64,000 nucleotides of DNA, taken from positions 244,926 to 308,925 of the forward strand of contig JAEYOP010000030.1 in NCBI GenBank assembly GCA_023411575.1, in the 5' to 3' direction. Position 1 is the first letter of the stretch; each line of letters opens with the position of its first letter. Positions 57,903-64,000 of the stretch are shown here, one piece after another. The DNA comes from Bacillota bacterium (GTDB taxonomy: Bacteria > Bacillota > Clostridia > Acetivibrionales > DTU013). The notes beneath the pieces are model-generated. The model was not told the DNA's origin. It ran no database searches and was given only the letters and a program-made list of their open reading frames with translations. The translations under genes were made by a program, and so were the position numbers.

Positions 57903-59270
57903 ATGCGCAGTATGAAGAGAATTTTTGTTGTTGCACTTTGTATTTGTTTTGCTTTTTCAATGGTTCTTTCCGGTTGCGGTACCAAGACGGAAACCGCTCC
58001 GCCCGAAGGATCGACCCCGGCGGTGGAGGAATCCGCGGAGGCAGCTCCTGCCGAAACGGCTCCCGCCGAGCCTGCTGAAAAAGTAGCCGTCAAGATTTCC
58101 TGCTGGGGAATTGAGACAGACCCCAACTCCCAGATCATCAAACAGGCAGTGGACCTTTTCAATCAGAAGAACACCGTAAATGCAACGGCTTCGGTGGAGT
58201 TCACCGAGCAGGAGCAGTACAAGACCAAGATCGCGGCGCAGATGGCCGCCAATGAAATTCCGGATGTGTTCAATACCTGGGCCGCCGGTTTCCTCAAGCC
58301 TTTTGTAAAGGCCGGCAAGGTCTATGCGCTGAGCGAATCCCTCGACAAGGATGCCGAATGGAGCGGCCGCTATGTGAAAGGCGTCATGTCCTCCCTGACC
58401 TTCGACGGAAAGGCTTACGCGGCGCCCACCACCCAAACGATCGTTTGTCTGTTCTATAACAAGGAAATATTCCAGAAATACGGGCTGAGCGAGCCGAAGA
58501 CCTATGCGGACCTGAAAAATATCGTAAAGACGCTGAACGATAACGGCGTTGTCCCGTTTGCACTGGGCAACAAGGGGCCCTGGGTGGGAGCAATGTACAG
58601 CGAGCTCCTTGCGAACCGCATCGGCGGAAGCGAACCCTTCAACAAGGTGTATGACGGTACCGGTACCTGGGAAGATCCTTCCTTTATCGAAGCCGGCAAG
58701 GCGATGAAGGAGCTTGCGGATATGAATGCGTTCCCGAAGGGCTTCAACGCGTTGGACAACGATCCTTCCAGAGCGATGTTCGTGGAAGGCAAGGCGGCCA
58801 TGCATGTCATGGGAAGCTGGGCGATCCAGCAGCTTATGGCGGAAGACGCCATCAAGGATAAGCTCGACGTTTGCAAATTCCCCGCATACGACGGCGGCAA
58901 GGGCAGTGCGGACGCATGGCTCGGGCAGCCCGACCAGAGCTTTGCCATCAGCGCCGGCAGCAAGGTGATCCCGGCCGCGGCGGAATTCATCAAAACCATG
59001 TCCGATCCCGAGATCCAGGCCAAACTTGCCGAAGCAGGAAACCTTGTAGCGACGAATATCCCGCTGGATGCCACAAAGGTCAATCCTATCGCCATGAAGG
59101 TGGCGGATCTCCAGAAATCCATGACGGAGCTGTTCATATTCTATGACGTAGGACTTGGCGCCACCGTCGGCAACGAATTCAACAACACGATCCAGGCAAT
59201 TACCGCCGGAAAGTCTCCGGAGGAATCCTTCAAGAAGCTTCAGCAGTTCACCGAACAGAACAAGGAATAG
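57903..59270 (+). CDS. CUT1-family sugar ABC transporter substrate-binding lipoprotein
   Basis: 455 aa from the ATG at 57903 (SD agaggagg). Lipobox LSGCG. Family-1 extracellular solute-binding features are present (ISCWGIE.., PFALGNKGPWVGAM). Confidence 0.85.
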   Translation: MRSMKRIFVVALCICFAFSMVLSGCGTKTETAPPEGSTPAVEESAEAAPAETAPAEPAEKVAVKISCWGIETDPNSQIIKQAVDLFNQKNTVNATASVEFTEQEQYKTKIAAQMAANEIPDVFNTWAAGFLKPFVKAGKVYALSESLDKDAEWSGRYVKGVMSSLTFDGKAYAAPTTQTIVCLFYNKEIFQKYGLSEPKTYADLKNIVKTLNDNGVVPFALGNKGPWVGAMYSELLANRIGGSEPFNKVYDGTGTWEDPSFIEAGKAMKELADMNAFPKGFNALDNDPSRAMFVEGKAAMHVMGSWAIQQLMAEDAIKDKLDVCKFPAYDGGKGSADAWLGQPDQSFAISAGSKVIPAAAEFIKTMSDPEIQAKLAEAGNLVATNIPLDATKVNPIAMKVADLQKSMTELFIFYDVGLGATVGNEFNNTIQAITAGKSPEESFKKLQQFTEQNKE

Positions 59271-59286
59271 AAAGTTTGTCTGAAAA

Positions 59287-59324
59287 CCCGGTGGCCGGAA
59301 TCATTGCCGGCCGCCGGGATTTTT
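59287..59324 (+). terminator. Intercistronic hairpin plus U-tract between the binding-protein and permease genes (partial terminator / stabiliser)
   Basis: CCCGGTGGCCGG (59287-59298) pairs with a CCGGCCGCCGGG-type arm (59306-59318) including one G-U, followed by ATTTTT. Confidence 0.5.
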
Positions 59325-59337
59325 AAAGGAGACCCCC

Positions 59338-60225
59338 ATGGATTCCATGCGCAGGAATAAGAAAACCATCCTTTTGTTTCTTTTACCGGCAGCCCTCGTT
59401 TATCTGGCCATAGTGGCCCTGCCCGTATGCAGCACCGTTTATAACAGCTTTTATAAATGGAATCTGGTTGATGTAAAGAAATATATTGGGATCAACAACT
59501 TTATACAGCTTTTTACCATCGATGACATTTTCAGGACCGGGCTGAAAAATACCCTTCTGCTGACGGTGCTGTCCCTTATAGTGCAGACGCCCGTGGCGAT
59601 TGCGCTGGCTCTGGCCCTGTCCGGCACACTGAAGGGCGGAAGATATTTCAAAACCGTTTACTTTCTCCCCAATATCCTCTCCAGTGTAGCAATCGGATTA
59701 CTCTGGACGTTTGTTTTCAATCCGGATTTCGGAATCGTCAACCAGTTTCTGAAGGCCATCGGTCTCGAAAGCCTTCAGGGCTTGTGGCTCGCGGACGAGA
59801 AGAGCGTGCTGCCGTCGATCATCGTCGTCATCTGCTGGCAGTTTGTCGGGTATCACATGATCATTTACCTGGCTGCCGTGGAAGGGATCCCCGAGAGTCT
59901 GCAGGAAAGCGCGACGATAGACGGGGCAACCTATCTTCAGAGAGTCCGCTTCATCATGCTGCCTTTGATCAAGCCGATCATCGGGATTGATGCGGTATTG
60001 ATCGTGACCGGCTCCCTTCGCTTCTTCGACCTGATCTATGTCATGTCGAACGGCGGCCCGAACCATTCCAGCGAAGTGCTGGCGCTCTATATGTACTACA
60101 AGTCCTTCCGCGACATGCAGTATGGTTACGGAAGCGCTATCGCCGTGGTCCTTCTGGCGCTGTGTCTGGTCATCACGGCCGTTATGAACAGGCTGTTCCG
60201 GTCGGAAGAGATCCAATATTCCTAG
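59338..60225 (+). CDS. CUT1 sugar ABC transporter permease (MalF-like)
   Basis: 295 aa with six hydrophobic segments and the EAA loop ESLQESATIDGATYLQRVRFIMLPLIKP. SD aaaggag. Confidence 0.88.
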   Translation: MDSMRRNKKTILLFLLPAALVYLAIVALPVCSTVYNSFYKWNLVDVKKYIGINNFIQLFTIDDIFRTGLKNTLLLTVLSLIVQTPVAIALALALSGTLKGGRYFKTVYFLPNILSSVAIGLLWTFVFNPDFGIVNQFLKAIGLESLQGLWLADEKSVLPSIIVVICWQFVGYHMIIYLAAVEGIPESLQESATIDGATYLQRVRFIMLPLIKPIIGIDAVLIVTGSLRFFDLIYVMSNGGPNHSSEVLALYMYYKSFRDMQYGYGSAIAVVLLALCLVITAVMNRLFRSEEIQYS

Positions 60226-60236
60226 AGGAGAGAGAA

Positions 60237-61091
60237 ATGTCAATGCCAGAAAAGAACTATCGCAGGAAAAAGGTTTCCATAAGCCGGATCCTGGTATATA
60301 CGGCCCTTTCGGTCATTTCGATCGTTTACCTGTATCCGCTGCTGTGGCTCGTCATCAGTTCGTTTAAAACCGACCAGGAATTGTTCTCCAATCCGTGGTC
60401 CCTCAGCACGGCCATACAGCTTGGCAATTATGCCACCGCGTGGTCGGCGGGCAAAATCGGGAGAAGCTTTCTGAACTCCGCTCTGGTTGCGCTTGTCTCC
60501 GTAGGGCTTACCATAGTGACCGCCAGCATGTCGGCTTTTGCCATCAAACGCTTCAAGTGGAAAGGCTCGGCCCTGGTGATGGGCCTGTTCCTGATCGGCG
60601 TTTTCATCCCGATCCATTCCACCCTGATTCCGCTTTTTATGGCTTTCAACAAAATCAGGTTGATCAACAACTACCTGTCGTTGATCCTGCCGTATGTGGC
60701 TTTTGCCCTGCCCACGTCGATTTTCATATTGGGCGGGTTCATGTCCGCCTTCCCGGGCGAGATCGAGGAAGCGGCGGTAATGGACGGCTGCAAGATGAGC
60801 GGCGTTTTCTGGAAGATTATTTTCCCCCTTTCCAAAACGCCGATTGCCACCATTTCCATTTTCAATTTCGTCAACTGCTGGAATGAATTGATGTTTGCCA
60901 TGATCTTCCTGCCGGACGTGAATAAAATGACGCTGCCGGTCAGCCTTACCCGGTTCAGGGGGCAGTATTCCACCAATTGGTCCATCCAGCTCGCCGCCAT
61001 TGTCATCATGGTGGTGCCGGCTTTGATCGCCTATATTTTCCTGAATGACAAGATTATGAAAAGCCTGACGGTCGGCGCAGTAAAAGGTTAG
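60237..61091 (+). CDS. CUT1 sugar ABC transporter permease (MalG-like)
   Basis: 284 aa from the ATG at 60237 (SD agaggagag). EAA loop EIEEAAVMDGCKMSGVFWKIIFPLSKTP. Confidence 0.88.
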   Translation: MSMPEKNYRRKKVSISRILVYTALSVISIVYLYPLLWLVISSFKTDQELFSNPWSLSTAIQLGNYATAWSAGKIGRSFLNSALVALVSVGLTIVTASMSAFAIKRFKWKGSALVMGLFLIGVFIPIHSTLIPLFMAFNKIRLINNYLSLILPYVAFALPTSIFILGGFMSAFPGEIEEAAVMDGCKMSGVFWKIIFPLSKTPIATISIFNFVNCWNELMFAMIFLPDVNKMTLPVSLTRFRGQYSTNWSIQLAAIVIMVVPALIAYIFLNDKIMKSLTVGAVKG

Positions 61092-61146
61092 CTGCCCGAA
61101 ATGGGCAATATTGCCGGAAGCAGCAACGTCGTTTTTGATTTATTTC

Positions 61147-61211
61147 CAATCAAAATCTCAGGGGCATCGAGCCCCCTTGATTTTGCGGCAAGATGACACT
61201 ATGCCGCATAA
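61147..61211 (-). repeat. 65-nt structured dispersed repeat, copy B (inverted relative to copy A)
   Basis: The reverse complement reads ttatgcggcatagtgtcatcttgccgcaaaatcaagggggctcgatgcccctgagattttgattg. All three helix arm pairs are identical to copy A. The five differences fall in unpaired positions. Confidence 0.85.
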
Positions 61212-61242
61212 AAGAGAAAGGCCAGGGCATAACCCTGGCCTT
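61209..61242 (-). terminator. Rho-independent terminator of proA (minus strand)
   Basis: AAGGCCAGGG (61218-61227), loop cataa, CCCTGGCCTT (61233-61242). On the minus strand it is followed by the T-rich tract TTCTCTTTTA. Confidence 0.75.
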
Positions 61243-61247
61243 GAAGG

Positions 61248-62543
61248 CTAAAGCGGGAAATTCCCGTTCAGGTTCCTGTGCTTGAAAGTGCTTTTCCTTG
61301 CCGCATAATCGGCAACGATCTGCCCGTGGCCGATCAGGTTATACTTGTAAATCACAAGGCCCTCCAGACCCACCGGACCTCTCGCATGGAGCTTGCCGGT
61401 GCTGATGCCGACCTCGGCGCCGAGTCCGTATTTATAGCCGTCGCTGAACCGGGTGGAGCAGTTCCAGAAGACATTGCCCGAATCCACCAGGGACATGAAG
61501 CGGGCGGCGTGCTCCCGGTCGGATGTGACGATGGCGTCGGTGTGGCCCGAGCCGTAAGTATTGATATGATCGATGGCTTCGTCCAGATCCTTGACCACCT
61601 TTATCGAGAGCTTGTAGTCCAGGTACTCCGTCTTCCAGTCCTCCTCCGCCGCAGGCGCGACCGGAATGACAGCCATTGTTTCGCGGCAGCCGAACAGCTC
61701 GACCTTCTTTTCGTCCGCCGTTTTTTTCAGCAGGGGCAGGAAGCTTCTTGCGATGTCCTTGTGCACGAGCAGCGTTTCCAGCGCGTTGCAGACGGCGACA
61801 TACTGCGTTTTGGAGTCCATGGTCACGGCGACCGCCATTTCCAGGTCGGCTCCGGCGTCAACGTAGCAGTGGCAGATGCCGTCGGCATGGCCCATGACGG
61901 GGATGTTCGTATGGTCCATGATATAGCGTACGAATTCATTGGAGCCCCTTGGTATGATAAGATCCACGAAGGGATCCTGCTTGAGCAGTTCATTGATATC
62001 GGCCCTTGTCTCCAGCAGCGCGCACCATCCCGCAGGCATTCCGGCCGCCTCGGAGGCCGAGATGATCAGACCGGCCAGGATGCGGTTGGTTTCCATGGCT
62101 TCCGAGCCGCCTTTCAGCAGCACGCCGTTTCCGCTCTTCAGGCAGAGGGTGGATATCTGGACCAGGGCATCCGGCCTGGATTCGAATATGATACCGATGG
62201 TGCCGATGGGGCAGGTGACTTTGTAAAGCTCCAGGCCTTCATCCAACTCGGTGGACAGGAGGGTTTTCCCCACGGGGTCCTCCAGGCCGGCAAGGCTGTG
62301 GATGCCGTCGATGACCTCGGATAATTTGGTCTCGTCGAATTTGAGCCTCTTGAGCAAAGGAAACGGAATGTTTTCCGCCTCGCTCCGGCGAAGATCCTCT
62401 TGATTGGCCCGGAATATTTTTTCCTTGTTTTCCAGCAGTACATCGGCTATCCGCAGCAAAGCCCTGTTTTTTTCTTCGCTTCCTGCGGCGGCCAGCTTGA
62501 GGGAGGCCGATTTGACCTGCTGGCAGGTTTGATTCACATTCAT
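61248..62543 (-). CDS. proA: Gamma-glutamyl phosphate reductase
   Basis: 431 aa. The typical ProA N-terminus (..KSASLKLAAAGSEEKNRALLRIADVLLENKEKIFRANQEDL) and aldehyde-dehydrogenase-type catalytic region (YVAVCNALETLLVH). SD gaggtg. Confidence 0.93.
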   Translation of the reverse strand: MNVNQTCQQVKSASLKLAAAGSEEKNRALLRIADVLLENKEKIFRANQEDLRRSEAENIPFPLLKRLKFDETKLSEVIDGIHSLAGLEDPVGKTLLSTELDEGLELYKVTCPIGTIGIIFESRPDALVQISTLCLKSGNGVLLKGGSEAMETNRILAGLIISASEAAGMPAGWCALLETRADINELLKQDPFVDLIIPRGSNEFVRYIMDHTNIPVMGHADGICHCYVDAGADLEMAVAVTMDSKTQYVAVCNALETLLVHKDIARSFLPLLKKTADEKKVELFGCRETMAVIPVAPAAEEDWKTEYLDYKLSIKVVKDLDEAIDHINTYGSGHTDAIVTSDREHAARFMSLVDSGNVFWNCSTRFSDGYKYGLGAEVGISTGKLHARGPVGLEGLVIYKYNLIGHGQIVADYAARKSTFKHRNLNGNFPL

Positions 62544-62815
62544 AAACTACACCTCGCGGCACATTCGCTTAACACCCGGATTTCCCGCGGCGCAAAGCTT
62601 TCATAATAAATTATATTATACCATGGCTCTTGTCAAGAGTAAAATTCGATGCAGGGAAACGGGATACAACCGGGGAAGCAGGCGAATTGTACATTGTGTA
62701 CAAAAATAAATATCGAAATATTATACATAAAAGCTATAAAAAAGATTGAATTTGTGATAAACTTTTTACGAGGTGTATTCTAAAAACTATATTAAACAAA
62801 AGGGGTAATGCAGAA

Positions 62816-63256
62816 ATGAAAGTGAAAAAGTTATTGGTGGTTGGCATGCTCATGACAGTTATGCTTTTGGCGTTTGCAGGATGCGGCGGTTCGGATTCCG
62901 GCGACAGCGCTGCAGCAGATTCCGCTGTAGAAAGTACTGCTCCTGCCGAGGCGGAGACAGTTGAACAGGCTGCCACGGAACAGATAGCAGAAGCGGCCAA
63001 TACCCAGACCAAGGCGGAAGACCTGGTTGGCAGCTGGGTAGACGTAAACGCTGCGGACCGGTTTGTCAATATAGCAGCGGATGGGGCTGCTTATTCCTAT
63101 GAAGATAACGAAGGAAAACTCGCCGCTACATTTGAAGAAGGCGTCCTGAAAATCAGCGTATCCGACACGGATAAGGCCGACGCTTACATCGATGCGGCTA
63201 CAGGCCATCTGATGGTGGTTTACCAGGATAATATTTCCGAGTACGCCAAGAAATAA
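62816..63256 (+). CDS. Hypothetical small lipoprotein
   Basis: 146 aa. Signal peptide plus lipobox (LLAFAGCGG) and an acidic A/E-rich linker. I recognise no family. Confidence 0.6.
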   Translation: MKVKKLLVVGMLMTVMLLAFAGCGGSDSGDSAAADSAVESTAPAEAETVEQAATEQIAEAANTQTKAEDLVGSWVDVNAADRFVNIAADGAAYSYEDNEGKLAATFEEGVLKISVSDTDKADAYIDAATGHLMVVYQDNISEYAKK

Positions 63257-63281
63257 TTCCAAAGCCGAATATGGATAACCA

Positions 63282-63324
63282 GGGGGCTGCTTCCGTCAGA
63301 GAGAGAATGGAAACGCCCCCTTTT
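63282..63324 (+). terminator. Rho-independent terminator after the lipoprotein gene
   Basis: GGGGGC (63282-63287) pairs with GCCCCC (63315-63320), plus an inner TTCC/GGAA helix, followed by TTTT. Confidence 0.6.
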
Positions 63325-63376
63325 GCCGCTTTATCCCTTTTGCGGCAGGATCAATAAAACCGGGAGTGACGGTAAA

Positions 63377-64000
63377 ATGAGCAACGAGAGATCAGCGTTG
63401 GGCAAGGCGAACCGGATTGTCGTCAAGGTCGGAACATCAACGCTTACTTATGACAACGGCAAGGTAAACTTTACGAGGATAGACAAGCTCGCAAGGGTAT
63501 TGTCGGACCTGCTGAACCAGGACAAGGAGGTTGTCCTGGTCACTTCAGGCGCGATCGGCGTGGGCGTCGGCAAGCTGAAGCTGAAGGAAAAACCCAAGAC
63601 CGTCCAGGAAAAGCAGGCCGTTGCCGCGGTCGGACAATGCGAGCTGATGCATATCTACAGCAAATTCTTTTCCGAATACGGCCATACGGTGGGGCAGATT
63701 CTGCTTACCCGCGACGTCATTGAGGAGGAGCATACGAGGCACAATGTGGTCAATACCTTTGAAACCCTCTTAAAGAGCAGAATAGTGCCCATTGTAAATG
63801 AAAATGACTCCGTATCCATCGATGAAATAGAATACGGCGAAAAGCGGGTATTCGGCGATAACGATACGCTGTCGGCCATCGTTTCCGATTTGGTGAATGC
63901 CGACCTGCTGATCATATTGTCCGATATAGACGGCTTTTATGACAGCGACCCGAGAAGCAACAGCAATTCGAAGCTGCTGTCCGTTATCCGCGAAATCACG
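63377..64000 (+). CDS. proB: Glutamate 5-kinase (3' end beyond window)
   Basis: MSNERSALGKANRIVVKVGTSTLTYDNGKVNFTRIDKLARVLSDLLNQDKEVVLVTSGAIGVG.. is the canonical ProB N-terminus. The frame stays open to the window end. It is absent from the ORF track because no stop is reached. Confidence 0.9.
   Translation, partial: MSNERSALGKANRIVVKVGTSTLTYDNGKVNFTRIDKLARVLSDLLNQDKEVVLVTSGAIGVGVGKLKLKEKPKTVQEKQAVAAVGQCELMHIYSKFFSEYGHTVGQILLTRDVIEEEHTRHNVVNTFETLLKSRIVPIVNENDSVSIDEIEYGEKRVFGDNDTLSAIVSDLVNADLLIILSDIDGFYDSDPRSNSNSKLLSVIREIT

Overview
The window looks like a high-GC Firmicutes/Clostridia chromosome segment, judged from gene content, Shine-Dalgarno usage, SLH and MecA proteins, and the EF-Tu/RpoB sequences. 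I found no rRNA, tRNA, CRISPR array, transposase or integrase. All domain and family calls come from reading the translated ORFs by eye. No database search, HMM scan or RNA folding was run.

Layout:
- 2-4918: a 5'-truncated SLH-anchored modular surface protein.
- 5.5-17.8 kb: a core block of rpoB-rpoC, then L7Ae-like, rpsL, rpsG, fusA and tuf, without the usual rplJL or S10 neighbours.
- 18-28 kb: a flavodiiron protein, a serine hydrolase followed by MoxR, DUF58 and a DUF4129-like membrane protein, then corA and lon.
- 28-35 kb: two tandem membrane-sensor PP2C phosphatases, a membrane/TPR-like protein, a PRC-barrel protein, a VanW/G5 protein and mecA.
- 35-38 kb: a GltS-family symporter translationally coupled to a PlsC-type acyltransferase with a zinc ribbon.
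- 38-45 kb: pyk behind a structured leader, an XRE/cupin regulator with potABCD, and a lone pflA.
- 46-49 kb: a YesN/YesM-type two-component pair.
- 49.0-56.7 kb: the most interesting locus. It is a tight seven-gene operon with a NifK/N-like and a NifD/E-like subunit, cysK, a NifX-like carrier and a NitT/TauT-type ABC importer. No NifH-like reductase or NifB is present in the window. I propose it as a candidate sulfur-salvage system built on a nitrogenase-like enzyme.
- 56.8-64 kb: a Nudix remnant, an HD hydrolase, a CUT1 sugar ABC transporter, proA, a lipoprotein and a partial proB.

A 65-nt structured repeat occurs twice in inverted orientation. Each copy lies immediately 3' of an intrinsic terminator (those of lon and proA).

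The long antisense ORFs in the track are treated as high-GC artefacts.
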